DNA of 64,000 bases from an uncultured Verrucomicrobiota bacterium. GTDB taxonomy: Bacteria; Verrucomicrobiota; Kiritimatiellia; PWTM01. Location: assembly GCA_964402695.1 (NCBI GenBank), contig CAYODK010000004.1, positions 7,676 through 71,675 of the forward strand. Direction: 5' to 3'. Position 1 is the stretch's first letter; every line of letters starts with the position of its first letter. The notes beneath the pieces were generated by a model. The model searched no databases and had not been told where the DNA came from. It worked only from the letters and a program-made list of their open reading frames with translations. The translations under genes and the position numbers were made by a program. Shown here piece after piece: positions 48,226 through 58,026 of this stretch.

Positions 48226-50352
48226 ATGAAACGCATGCAATCCATGATCGCAACTCCTGTGAGGAAGACCCTCGGGGCAGGATTCGCCGTTCTGCTGGCC
48301 GCCGGGGCGACGACCGCCGGCGAGATCGTCCTGTTCGATGCGGCGGCGACGCCCGTGTCGGCGGTCGCGTCGCAGAACCAGGGGACGTTCGAGATCAAGG
48401 ATGGCCTGCTTCAGGTCGCGACGAAGGGAGGGACCGGCTTCCCCGGCGTGCTGATCAAGGGGGCGTGGGACCTGTCCGGCTGCAACCGCGTCACGTTCGA
48501 GCTGGTCAACCGCGACGCGAAATCGGAGCTGCCGCTGACGGTCCGGCTCGACAACCCCGGCGCGGATGCCGGGGCGTCGCGCGGCGTCTTCATCGACCGC
48601 ATCAAGCTGACCGGCCGCGGCGCCGCGACGTGCGACGTCGCCCTGCCGCCCTGGCTGCCCAACCTGCGCGAGATCAACGCCAAGCTCGACGGCATGCGGC
48701 GCGGGCCGCTGGCGACGGTGGGCGTGGTCGCCGATCTCGATCCGTCGAAGGTCGTCGGCGTTGCCATCTACCTCAAGGAACCGAGGCTCGATTGGACGTG
48801 GGCCGTGAAGCGGATCATCGCGCACGCCGGGCCGATCGCCGCCGCACCCGACTGGATGCGGATGCCGGCGGACCGCTTCTTCCCGTTCATCGACGTCTAC
48901 GGCCAGTTCAAGTACCGCGACTGGCCCGGAAAGACGCACAGCGATGGCGACCTGAAGGCGGCGATCGAGACGGAACGTGCCGATATCGACGCCCACCCGG
49001 GGCCGGAGGGCTGGAACAAGTTCGGCGGCTGGGCCGCGGGGCCGAAGCGCGAGGCGACGGGGCAGTTCCGGGTCGAGACGATCGACGGCAGGTGGTGGTT
49101 CGTCGATCCCGAGGGCTGCCTCTGGTGGTCGCACGGGCCGGTGCGCGTGACGTCGTCCTCCGCCGTCACCCCGCTCGACAACCGCGAGTTCTACTTCACC
49201 GATCTGCCGGCGGCGGACTCGCCTTTCGCGCTCTTCTACACGACCCGCGACGAGCTCCTGTGGCCCTACTACGAGGCGCGGGGCATCCGGCGCACCTATG
49301 ACTTCTCGTCCGCCAACGCCTTCCGCAAGTACGGCGCGGACTGGGTCGCTCAGTACGCCGACATGGCCCACCGCCGCCTGCGAAGCTGGGGCATGAACAC
49401 GATCGCCAACAGCTCCGACCGCCGCATCTGCCGGATGGGGCGCACGCCCTACTGCGACCGCTTCGAGCTGAAGTCGCCCGACATCGCCGGCAGCAAGCTC
49501 GGCTGGTGGAAGTTCAAGGACCCGTTCCATCCCGAGTTCCGCGCGAACTTCCACCGGCAGCTTCTCGCGCGCAAGGCGGAGCTGGACGATCCGTGGTGCT
49601 TCGGCTTCTTCGTCGACAACGAGATCGCGTGGGGCGGTCCGACGGACCTTGCCGAGTGGACGCTCCAGTCCCCCGCCGGCCAGCCGGCGAAGGTCGAGAT
49701 GGTCGCGCGGCTCAAGGCGAAGCACGGCGACATCGCGAAGCTCAACGCCGCGTGGGGGAGCGCGTTCGCGGGCTGGGACGCGCTGCTCGCCTCGCAGGAC
49801 AAGCCGCCGGCCGGCGCAGCGGAGGACTGCCGCGAATTCACGGCGGTTCTGACCGAGGCCTATTTCAGGGGCGTCCGCGAGACGTTCAAGTCCGTCGCGC
49901 CGGACAAGCTCTACTTCGGCTGCCGGTTCGCCGGCTCCACCGAGGCGGCGGTCCGCATGGCAGCGAAGTACTGCGACGTGATCAGCTACAACATCTACCG
50001 GCACACGCTCGACGCCTTCAAGCTGCCCGAGGGCGTCGACAAGCCGGTCCTCGTCGGCGAGTTCCACTTCGGCGCGCTCGACCGCGGGCTCTTCCACTCC
50101 ACGCTGATCGGCGTGGAGAACCAGGAGGCGCGCGGCCGGGCCTACACGGCGTACGTGACCTCCGCTCTGCGCCATCCGAACTTCGTCGGCGTCCATTGGC
50201 ACCAGTACGGCGACCAGCCGACGACCGGCCGGTTCGACGGCGAGAACTTCCAGAACGGCTTCGTCGACGTCTGCGACACGCCGTACCCCGAGACCATCGC
50301 CGGCATCCGCGAGGTCGGCTATCGCATGTACGAGATCCGCGCGGGACGGTGA
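48226..50352 (+). CDS. GH50 (beta-agarase-like) glycoside hydrolase
   Basis: RBS GGAGGGAG at 48211; FIDVYGQF...WPGK, WWFVDPEG, RLRSWGMNTIAN, FFVDNE, VLVGEFHFGA and VGVHWHQY.DQP..GR.DGEN motifs. Confidence 0.85.
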   Translation: MKRMQSMIATPVRKTLGAGFAVLLAAGATTAGEIVLFDAAATPVSAVASQNQGTFEIKDGLLQVATKGGTGFPGVLIKGAWDLSGCNRVTFELVNRDAKSELPLTVRLDNPGADAGASRGVFIDRIKLTGRGAATCDVALPPWLPNLREINAKLDGMRRGPLATVGVVADLDPSKVVGVAIYLKEPRLDWTWAVKRIIAHAGPIAAAPDWMRMPADRFFPFIDVYGQFKYRDWPGKTHSDGDLKAAIETERADIDAHPGPEGWNKFGGWAAGPKREATGQFRVETIDGRWWFVDPEGCLWWSHGPVRVTSSSAVTPLDNREFYFTDLPAADSPFALFYTTRDELLWPYYEARGIRRTYDFSSANAFRKYGADWVAQYADMAHRRLRSWGMNTIANSSDRRICRMGRTPYCDRFELKSPDIAGSKLGWWKFKDPFHPEFRANFHRQLLARKAELDDPWCFGFFVDNEIAWGGPTDLAEWTLQSPAGQPAKVEMVARLKAKHGDIAKLNAAWGSAFAGWDALLASQDKPPAGAAEDCREFTAVLTEAYFRGVRETFKSVAPDKLYFGCRFAGSTEAAVRMAAKYCDVISYNIYRHTLDAFKLPEGVDKPVLVGEFHFGALDRGLFHSTLIGVENQEARGRAYTAYVTSALRHPNFVGVHWHQYGDQPTTGRFDGENFQNGFVDVCDTPYPETIAGIREVGYRMYEIRAGR

Positions 50353-50416
50353 GGCGACGGGCGGCCGGGCGGATTACGGCCGGCGCCCGCTTGAAACACG
50401 CCGTCGTTGGTGCATT

Positions 50417-51355
50417 GTGCGTGCCATGCGTGATTCCTCACCCGTGGCCCCGGATCGCCCACGCCTCGGGCTCTGCTGCCAGTTCGTCCGGCAGCCGATC
50501 CGGTTCCGAACGACCACGGCGGCGGCGCTGGGCAGGCTGCCGCGTCGCCGGCAGCTCGCCCGGCTGGCCGAGATCTGCGAGCACAACGCGGCGGCCCTCC
50601 TCGCTGCGCTGGAGTTCTGCCGGGCCGAGGGGATCGGATCGTTCCGCATCGGCAGCTCGCTGCTGCCGGTCCGCACCCATCCGGTGGTGGGGTACGACAT
50701 CCGCGACCTGCCCGGCGGCGATGCTCTCGTCGAGCGGTTCAGGCGATGCGGAGCATTCGCCCGTGCGCATGGCATCCGGACCGGCTTCCATCCGGATCAG
50801 TTCATCGTGATGAACTCGCCCGATCGCGAGGTGGTGGCCCGGTCGGTTGCCGATCTGGTCGCGCATGCCGGGATGGCGCAATGGACCCACGCGGACACGA
50901 TCAACATCCACGCGGGGGGCGCCTACGGCGACAAGCGCTCCGCCCTGGACCGCTTGGAACGCAACCTGGACCGGCTGCCGGCCGCGGTCCGGTCCCGACT
51001 CACCCTCGAGAACGACGACCGCACCTTCACGCCCTCCGACCTGATTCCGCTTTGCAGGCGGAGCGGAATCCCGATGGTCTATGACGTTCACCACCACCGG
51101 TGCAACCCCGACGGGATGGACGTGAGGGCGGCGACCCGCGCCGCGCGGGCGACATGGGATCGCGAGCCGCTCTTCCACGTCTCCAGTCCGATCGAGGGGT
51201 GGACGGGGGCGCGGCCGGAACGGCACCACGACTACATCGACATCGCAGACTTCCCCCCGGAGTGGATCGGGCTGCCCGTCACCGTCGAGGTGGAAGCCAA
51301 GGCCAAGGAACTGGCCGTGGCGAAGCTCCGCGACGACCTCCAGCGCCGGCGTTGA
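50417..51355 (+). CDS. uvsE: UV DNA damage repair endonuclease
   Basis: RLGLCC, FRIGS, HPDQFIVMNS, INIHAGGAYGDK, LTLENDD, VYDVHHH and VEAKAKE motifs. Confidence 0.95.
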   Translation: MRAMRDSSPVAPDRPRLGLCCQFVRQPIRFRTTTAAALGRLPRRRQLARLAEICEHNAAALLAALEFCRAEGIGSFRIGSSLLPVRTHPVVGYDIRDLPGGDALVERFRRCGAFARAHGIRTGFHPDQFIVMNSPDREVVARSVADLVAHAGMAQWTHADTINIHAGGAYGDKRSALDRLERNLDRLPAAVRSRLTLENDDRTFTPSDLIPLCRRSGIPMVYDVHHHRCNPDGMDVRAATRAARATWDREPLFHVSSPIEGWTGARPERHHDYIDIADFPPEWIGLPVTVEVEAKAKELAVAKLRDDLQRRR

Positions 51356-51384
51356 CACCGTACCGGCAGCGCGCAAACTGAGGC

Positions 51385-51849
51385 ATGGACGTGACTTCCT
51401 GGCAGCGCGTGGAGTCCCTGCTGAACATCCAGCGGTTCGCCGCGCTGGCCACGCAGGGCGGGGGGGCTCCCTACACGAGCCTCGTGGCGTTCGCCGCAAC
51501 GCCGGATCTGCGTCAGATCGTCTTTCCGACACGGGCGGGGACGCAGAAGTTCGCGAACCTCGAATCCGAGCCGCGGGTGGCGCTGCTCGTGGACAACCGG
51601 TCCAACACGACGGGCGACTACAGCAACGCGATCGCGGTCACGGCGATCGGCAGGGTCCATATCGCGGACGGCCCCGGGGCAGAGGACGGGCGGGGCCTCC
51701 TCCTCGCCCGGCATCCGATGCTGGCGGAGTTCCTGGCCTTGGCCGATTGCCGCATCGCCGCCATCACGGTCTCCCACTACCTGCTCGTGACGCGGTTCGA
51801 ATCCGTCACGCGCCTCGACCCGTCCGACCGCGGCTTCGCCGCGGGGTGA
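51385..51849 (+). CDS. Pyridoxamine 5'-phosphate oxidase-like (split-barrel FMN-binding) protein
   Basis: FAALATQGGGAPYTSLVAF...T..GTQKFANLESEPRVALLVDNR. Confidence 0.85.
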   Translation: MDVTSWQRVESLLNIQRFAALATQGGGAPYTSLVAFAATPDLRQIVFPTRAGTQKFANLESEPRVALLVDNRSNTTGDYSNAIAVTAIGRVHIADGPGAEDGRGLLLARHPMLAEFLALADCRIAAITVSHYLLVTRFESVTRLDPSDRGFAAG

Positions 51850-52137
51850 CGGCTCTCCTCGTCGCGGTGATCTTCCCGGGGCGGGACCGATCGTGCCGCC
51901 GGGGAAGAACGGGCGTGGATCGAGGACTGGCGTGCGTCCCGCCGGCGGAGGAGGGGAGCCGCAACCGTGCCGTGCTGCGAACCTGCCCGGGAAGAGGATG
52001 GCTATCGAGCAGGATTCTCTTGCACCAGCATGGCGGAGCATCGGACAATGACAACCATGGAACAGGCGAGCATCGGTTGCGGTTCCGCCGGCGGAGAACG
52101 CACGACGACTCCGACGCCTGGACGAATAGGCAGTCCC

Positions 52138-52986
52138 ATGAAGAAAGCCGCGCTGGCCACGGTGTCCTCCACCCTCCTCGCGGCCGGCGCGCTCGCCGCC
52201 GATCCGCTCTACACGCAAGAGGGCAGCGATCCATCCTTCGCCGACGTTCTGAAGGGCGGCGGCGTCGAAGCCGGCGAGCGGTTCTCCAAGGGCCCCGTCA
52301 CCGGCTCGCGGATCGATGTGAGCAACGATCTGCTGGAGAAGCAGGCGGGGACGTGCGGCCCGATACCCAAGGACATCGGCCTTCACACGCAGGGCAGCGG
52401 CGGGATCAGCCGGAAGGACTTCGGCAAGTGGACCCGATGGTACCAGGAGGACGGCAATGTCCAGGTGTTCCGCCTCTTCAAGGGCGAACAGAACATTCGC
52501 GGCGGCACGGGGAAGGATGGCAGTCCCGGCCGCGTGGAAGCCTATTCGCGCCCCCTCATCGTCGCTCCCGGAACCTGGCGCGAGTGGGAAGGCACCTACA
52601 CGGTCGTCCAGCCGATCGATGCGTGCATCTTCCAGTTGATGCACGAGGGCAGCCTGTGGCCCTTCCACATCGAGATGTCCGCGAAGGGCGACCTCTCCTT
52701 CCTCCGCCGCCGGCCCGTGCCCGGGATGGAGCGGGAGATCACGATGGCCACGAACATGGTGGGCAAATCCCTCTGCGTCAGGGTGCGGGCGAACGGAGAG
52801 GCCTACGAGGTCTTCCAGAAAGCGCCGCTCGATGCCGGTCCCTGGAAGCTTGTGACCACGGGCGCGTTCACCCAGGCGAAGAACAACGAGATCAGCTTCC
52901 GCTGGGGCATGTACTGTGGTTCGAAGAAAGGCCGGACCGTCCCGGATGACGCCTTGCTTTTCGTCACCGGAGTCGTGATCCGGTGA
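52138..52986 (+). CDS. Secreted jelly-roll protein, divergent PL7-like polysaccharide lyase
   Basis: Signal peptide; RVEAY, CIFQLMH and FRWGMY echo the PL7 RxELR / QIH / YFKxGxY strands. Confidence 0.5.
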   Translation: MKKAALATVSSTLLAAGALAADPLYTQEGSDPSFADVLKGGGVEAGERFSKGPVTGSRIDVSNDLLEKQAGTCGPIPKDIGLHTQGSGGISRKDFGKWTRWYQEDGNVQVFRLFKGEQNIRGGTGKDGSPGRVEAYSRPLIVAPGTWREWEGTYTVVQPIDACIFQLMHEGSLWPFHIEMSAKGDLSFLRRRPVPGMEREITMATNMVGKSLCVRVRANGEAYEVFQKAPLDAGPWKLVTTGAFTQAKNNEISFRWGMYCGSKKGRTVPDDALLFVTGVVIR

Positions 52987-53015
52987 TCCAGGGCGGGGAT
53001 TCGATGAGGTAGGGC

Positions 53016-55838
53016 ATGAGATACTCGTTGGGAAGGCTGATCCTCGCGGGGCTCTCGCCCCTGTGGATCCGGGCCGTGCCGGCCGACGACCCGGGCGTCC
53101 GCCTGCGGAACGAGTTCGCCGACCCGCCGCCCGCCGCCCGGCCGGGGGCCTACTGGTGCTGGCTCAACGGCAACGTCAGCCCCGCCCAGATCACCCGCGA
53201 CTTGGAGGAAATGAAGGCCAAGGGCATGGGCGGAGCCGAGATCTGGGACGTGCAGGCCATGCGCAATCCCGGCGACTTCATCCCGGCCGGCCCGGCCTTC
53301 ATGAGCGACGAGTCGGTCGGCTGCATCGTCCATGCCATCCGCGAAGCCACGCGGTTGGACCTGCGCCTTGGCCTCGTGGCCTCCAGCGGCTGGAACGCCG
53401 GGGGCTCGTGGGTCCCGCCCCACTTCGCCGGCAAGGGGCTCTTCTGGTCGCAGACCCCTGTGGCCGGACCGGCCAAGGTCGACCAAGTGCTGCCGTTTCC
53501 CGTCTGCGAACGTGCGCCAAAGGCCCCCGACGGCCTGCCGGTCTTCCGCAAGGAAATCGCGGTTCTCGCCGTGCCGGCCGGGAAGTCGCTGGCGAGCCCG
53601 GATGCGGTGGTCGACCTCACGGCCCGCATGGAGGCCTCCGGCCGACTGGTCTGGGACGCGCCGGCGGGCGAGTGGGTTGTCGTCCGCTTCGTCTGCAGCA
53701 ATCATGGCCAGCACCTGATCGTGCCGAGCCCGAACTCCAACGGCCCGATGATTGATTTCGTCGATCCGGCGGCGACCGAGTTCCACCTGCGGCACATGGC
53801 CGACCGGATCCTTGCAAAACTGGGGCGGGAGGATTTCCGCGGAACCGCGTTCAAGTTCATGGAGTTCGACAGCATGGAACTGGAGCAGGGCGTGCTGTGG
53901 TCGGACCGTTTCGACCAGGATTTCGAGCGGTGGCGCGGGTACAGTCCCATCCGGTACCTGCCGCTGATGGCGGGCTGGAAGCTGGCGGACGAGGACATGG
54001 ACCAGCGTTTTCGCTACGATTTCAAGCTGGCCGTCAGCGACCAGCTGATCTTCAGCCACTACGTCACCGGCAGCCGGTTGCTGCGCGACGTCGGACTGGA
54101 ACTGGTCGCGGAGGCCGGCGGGCCCGGGCCGCCTGTCTGGAACACCTGCCCCGTGGATGCGATCAAGGCGACCGGCGCGGTGGACGTGCCGCGCGGCGAG
54201 TTCTGGATCGCCCCGCCCAACATCTGGCTGGTCAAGGAAATCGCATCGGCGTCGCACGTCTACGGCAAGACGCTGGTGGATGCCGAATCGTTCACCACCT
54301 GGCAGCGCTGGAGCCACGGACCGCACGACTTCAAACGACTGGCCGACCGGGCGTTCTGTGACGGTCTGAATCACCTGACCTTCCACACCTTCGCCATGAC
54401 GCCTCCGGAGGCGGGCCTCCCCGGCCGGGCCTATCATGCCGGCTCGGACATCAACCCGGCCGCGCCGTGGTGGCCCATGGCGAAGCCGTGGATCGATTAC
54501 CTTGCGCGTTGTTCGCACGTGCTGCGCCAGGGCCTCTTCGTCGGCGATGTCTGCTACTTCTACGGCGAGCAGGCCCCCAACTTCCATCCCCCGCGGCAGA
54601 GGACCGAGACCCGGCGGACGGCGCCGGCGCCGCTCGGTCCCGGATATGACTACGACGTGTGCGATGCTCAGTCGATCCTCACCCGCATGCGCGTCGAAGG
54701 CGGGCGGTTGGTCCTGCCGGACGGCATGAGCTACGCGATCCTGGCGCTGCCCGACCAGGACTTCATGTCGCTGCCGGTGTTGGAGAAGATCGCCGAACTC
54801 GTCGCCGCGGGCGCGACGGCGGTCGGTCCCAAGCCGCGGCGTTCGGTCGGAGTCCGGGGAGCCGCGGCGCATGACGAAGCCGTCCGGCGGCTGGCTGACA
54901 AGCTGTGGGGCGCCTGTGACGGCACGACGATCACCAGCCACCCCTACGGCAGGGGCCTGATCCTCTGGGGGCCGACCTGGCGCGACGTGCTGAACGGCAA
55001 GGGCATCGGCCCCGATTTCCATGTCGTCGACGAGGCCGAACGCGACAACCTGGACTACATCCACCGGCGCGCAGATTCGCGGGACATCTACTTCGTGAGC
55101 AACAAGACGATGGACTGGAAGACCCTCGACTGCGTCTTCCGCGTCGCCGACGGGCGGCCGGAGTACTGGAATCCCGTCAACGGCCGGATCGAGTCGTGCG
55201 GCGCATTTGCCGCGGCCAAAGGCGGAACGCAGGTGACGCTGACGCTGCCGCCGGCCGGCTCCGTGTTCGTGGTCTTCGGTCCGCCCACGGAAGGCACGCA
55301 CGAGGGCATTACCTATGCGGACAAGACCGGTGCCGCGCCGACCCTCGCCATCGAGGGCCCCTGGAAGCTCGTGTTCCCCGGGACCTTCGGCGCCCCGGCG
55401 GCCGTCCAGCTCGACCGGTTGAAGAGCTGGACGGACTCGGACCTGCCGGCGGTGAAATACTTCTCCGGTGTCGTGGTCTACGAGAAGACGTTCGAGGTTC
55501 CCGCTGAGACGGTCACCGGCGCGCGCCGGCTCACGCTCGATCTGGGCGACGTGAAGGAAGCGGCCTCGGTCCGCGTCAACGGCCGCGAGGTCGGAACCGT
55601 GTGGACGCCGCCCTATCGTTTGGACGTCACCGGCGTCGTCGCTCCTGGAGCCAACACCCTGCGGATCGAGGTGGCCAACCTGCTGGCCAACCGGATCATC
55701 GGCGACCTTGCACATCCCGACGGCGGCGTGTTCACCACGTCCAACGTGATCGACGGCCCGAAGGCGCCCCTCACGGCCGCGAGCCCGTTGCATCCGTCCG
55801 GCCTGCTCGGGCCGGTGCTCATCAAGGCCGAGAAATAG
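53016..55838 (+). CDS. Alpha-L-rhamnosidase (GH106)
   Basis: AYWCWLNGNVS...ITRDLEEMKAKGMGG, FDSME, VPRGEFW, KEIASASHVYGK, AESFT and DYLARCSHVLRQG motifs. Confidence 0.9.
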   Translation: MRYSLGRLILAGLSPLWIRAVPADDPGVRLRNEFADPPPAARPGAYWCWLNGNVSPAQITRDLEEMKAKGMGGAEIWDVQAMRNPGDFIPAGPAFMSDESVGCIVHAIREATRLDLRLGLVASSGWNAGGSWVPPHFAGKGLFWSQTPVAGPAKVDQVLPFPVCERAPKAPDGLPVFRKEIAVLAVPAGKSLASPDAVVDLTARMEASGRLVWDAPAGEWVVVRFVCSNHGQHLIVPSPNSNGPMIDFVDPAATEFHLRHMADRILAKLGREDFRGTAFKFMEFDSMELEQGVLWSDRFDQDFERWRGYSPIRYLPLMAGWKLADEDMDQRFRYDFKLAVSDQLIFSHYVTGSRLLRDVGLELVAEAGGPGPPVWNTCPVDAIKATGAVDVPRGEFWIAPPNIWLVKEIASASHVYGKTLVDAESFTTWQRWSHGPHDFKRLADRAFCDGLNHLTFHTFAMTPPEAGLPGRAYHAGSDINPAAPWWPMAKPWIDYLARCSHVLRQGLFVGDVCYFYGEQAPNFHPPRQRTETRRTAPAPLGPGYDYDVCDAQSILTRMRVEGGRLVLPDGMSYAILALPDQDFMSLPVLEKIAELVAAGATAVGPKPRRSVGVRGAAAHDEAVRRLADKLWGACDGTTITSHPYGRGLILWGPTWRDVLNGKGIGPDFHVVDEAERDNLDYIHRRADSRDIYFVSNKTMDWKTLDCVFRVADGRPEYWNPVNGRIESCGAFAAAKGGTQVTLTLPPAGSVFVVFGPPTEGTHEGITYADKTGAAPTLAIEGPWKLVFPGTFGAPAAVQLDRLKSWTDSDLPAVKYFSGVVVYEKTFEVPAETVTGARRLTLDLGDVKEAASVRVNGREVGTVWTPPYRLDVTGVVAPGANTLRIEVANLLANRIIGDLAHPDGGVFTTSNVIDGPKAPLTAASPLHPSGLLGPVLIKAEK

Positions 55839-55863
55839 AAACCTCACCAGGAGTTCGATCGCC

Positions 55864-56190
55864 ATGCGCAGCCTGTCCCTGCTCCTTGTCGTCGGTCTCC
55901 TGTCCGCCATCCCGCCGGCCCGCGCGGCGGAGCCCGCTGCACGAAGGCCCAACGTCGTCGTCATCCTTGTGGACGACATGGGCGGATGAGCACAAGAAGA
56001 AGGTGCCAGCCAGCACCGCGTTCTTCCTCGCGGCGATCGAGAAGATCGACGGACTGATCGGGGGGCTGCGCGGAGCGCTGGCCGGGGAGAATCTGGAGCG
56101 CGACACGATCCTGATCTTCATGACCGACAATGGCGGCCCCCGCGCCGCGGGAGTCATGCCCCCGCGCGTGCCGTTCCCCGGGCCGTGCCG
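55864..56190 (+). pseudogene. Sulfatase relic with internal deletions and a frameshift
   Basis: Signal peptide plus RPNVVVILVDDMG then a stop at 55987-55989; continues in another frame as FLAAIEKIDGLIG...LERDTILIFMTDNGG, then RVPF. Confidence 0.7.
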
Positions 56191-56316
56191 CGGCGTGGCC
56201 GCGTTTCGGTTGACGAGCGGGAGCCCGTGCACTATCCATGCCTCAATTGCTCTGTGCGCGGGACGGACGCCCGTCGACGGGAGCGTCGGAAGGCAGGACC
56301 CAACGGAGAGCGACCC

Positions 56317-58026
56317 ATGAAACACCAAGGATGGACCCTCCTTCTCCCCCTCTTGACCGCGACCGCGTCGGCGCTCAGCGCGGAGGCGACGGGGCCGTTC
56401 TACTACCGGCCCGTGCAAGCGGGCAGGGCGGGGGCGATCGAGTGCGAGGTGGCGGTCTATGGCGGCACGCCGGCGGGGGTGACCGCCGCGATCCAGGCGG
56501 CGCGCATGGGCCGCAGGACGGTCCTGCTCTCGTTCAACGGGCATGTGGGCGGGCTGACCTCCGGCGGGTTGACCGCCACCGACATCGGCAACAAGGCTGC
56601 GATCGGCGGACTGGCGCTCGAGTTCTACAAGCGGATCGGCCGGACGACCGGGTTCAGCCCGGCGGAGGCCGAGAAGACGTTCCGCGCGATGCTCGACGAG
56701 GCCGGCGTGACGGTCCTTCCCGGCCGCCCGCTCGGGTCCGCGCGGGTGGAGGACGGGCGCATCCGGGCGATCGAGATGCTGACCGGGGAGACGGTGACGG
56801 CAGCGATGTTCGTCGACGCCACCTACGAGGGGGACTTGCTCGCCGCGGCGGGCGTGTCGTACCGCGTCGGCCGCGAGCCGCGGAGCGCGTTCGGCGAATC
56901 GCTGGCCGGATACGGGCAAACCGCGTCGTGGGCCGATGTCTATCAGTTCTGCCGGCTGCCGGTCAGCCCCTACGTCGAACCGGACAAGCCCGCCTCGGGC
57001 CTGCTGCCCGAGATCTCCGCCGAACCCCCGGGCAAGCCGGGCCAGGGCGATTGCAAGGTTCAGGCCTACAACTTCCGCATGCAGCTCACCAGCAAGCCGG
57101 ACCGGATTCCGTTTCCCAAGCCCGCGGGCTACAACCCCGGCCGCTACGCTCTGCTCGCCCGGTTCCTCAACTTCAGTCCGGACGTCCAATGGACGCTCAA
57201 CTACACCACCAAGCCGATGACCGACGGGCCGGTCCAGTTGCGCGAGGGCGACTGCAACAACGCCGGCAGCTTCTCCACCGACTACGTCGGCGGCTGCCAC
57301 CGCTGGCCGGACGGAACCTATCAGCCGGGGGCGTTCGACGACCTGCCGCCGCCGCGCCGTGGCCTGCCGGTTCCGTTGAAGGAGCTTTACGAACTGCGCG
57401 AGCGGATCTTCCAGGACCATGTCAACTACCAGATGGGCCTGATGTACTTCCTCGCCAACGACCCGGCCGTGCCCGGCGCGCTGCAGGAGCGGGTCAACCG
57501 ATTCGGCCTGAAGCCGGATGAGTTCAAGGAGACCGGCCACTGGCCGCACCAGCTCTACGTCCGCGAGGCCCGACGCATGGTCGCGGACTACATCATGACC
57601 CAGGCGAACGGCGAATCGAAGCGGGTGGCGGAGGATCCCGTCGGCCTGGCGTCCTACCCGATGGACTCGCACTTCTGCCATCGCACGGTCGTCGTGGAGA
57701 ACGGGAAGACCACCGTCCGCAACGACGGCGGCTTCGGCCTGGGATGCCCGAAGCCCTACCCGGTTTCCTACCGCGCGCTCGTTCCGAAAGGGGACGAGTG
57801 CGCCAACCTGTTTGTCCCCGTCTGCCTGTCCGCCACGCACGCGGCCTACGGGTCGATCCGCATGGAGCCGGACTTCATGATCCTCGGCCAGAGCGCCGGC
57901 ACCGCCGCCTCCCTCGCGATCGAGGACAAGGTGCCCGTCCAGAAGGTGGACTATCCCAGACTAAGGAACCGGCTGCTCGCCGACGGCCAGAAGCTGGAAT
58001 TCAGCGCAAGTCCCGCCAAGCCATGA
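56317..58026 (+). CDS. Secreted FAD-dependent oxidoreductase (PF12831-like)
   Basis: VAVYGGTPAGV, GGLTSGGL, FVDATYEGDL, VQAYNFR, QLYVREARRM and YGSIRMEP motifs. Confidence 0.9.
   Translation: MKHQGWTLLLPLLTATASALSAEATGPFYYRPVQAGRAGAIECEVAVYGGTPAGVTAAIQAARMGRRTVLLSFNGHVGGLTSGGLTATDIGNKAAIGGLALEFYKRIGRTTGFSPAEAEKTFRAMLDEAGVTVLPGRPLGSARVEDGRIRAIEMLTGETVTAAMFVDATYEGDLLAAAGVSYRVGREPRSAFGESLAGYGQTASWADVYQFCRLPVSPYVEPDKPASGLLPEISAEPPGKPGQGDCKVQAYNFRMQLTSKPDRIPFPKPAGYNPGRYALLARFLNFSPDVQWTLNYTTKPMTDGPVQLREGDCNNAGSFSTDYVGGCHRWPDGTYQPGAFDDLPPPRRGLPVPLKELYELRERIFQDHVNYQMGLMYFLANDPAVPGALQERVNRFGLKPDEFKETGHWPHQLYVREARRMVADYIMTQANGESKRVAEDPVGLASYPMDSHFCHRTVVVENGKTTVRNDGGFGLGCPKPYPVSYRALVPKGDECANLFVPVCLSATHAAYGSIRMEPDFMILGQSAGTAASLAIEDKVPVQKVDYPRLRNRLLADGQKLEFSASPAKP

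Noticed and set aside
48226-50352. Agar-degradation system
   Set aside because: A GH50-like sequence alone does not establish agarase activity; no GH16, GH86 or GH117 partners are recognisable in the window.
56210-56238. TTGACG-N17-TATCCA sigma70 promoter (also TTGCAC-N18-GACAAT at 52020-52049)
   Set aside because: Weak -10 matches that cannot be distinguished from chance without TSS data.
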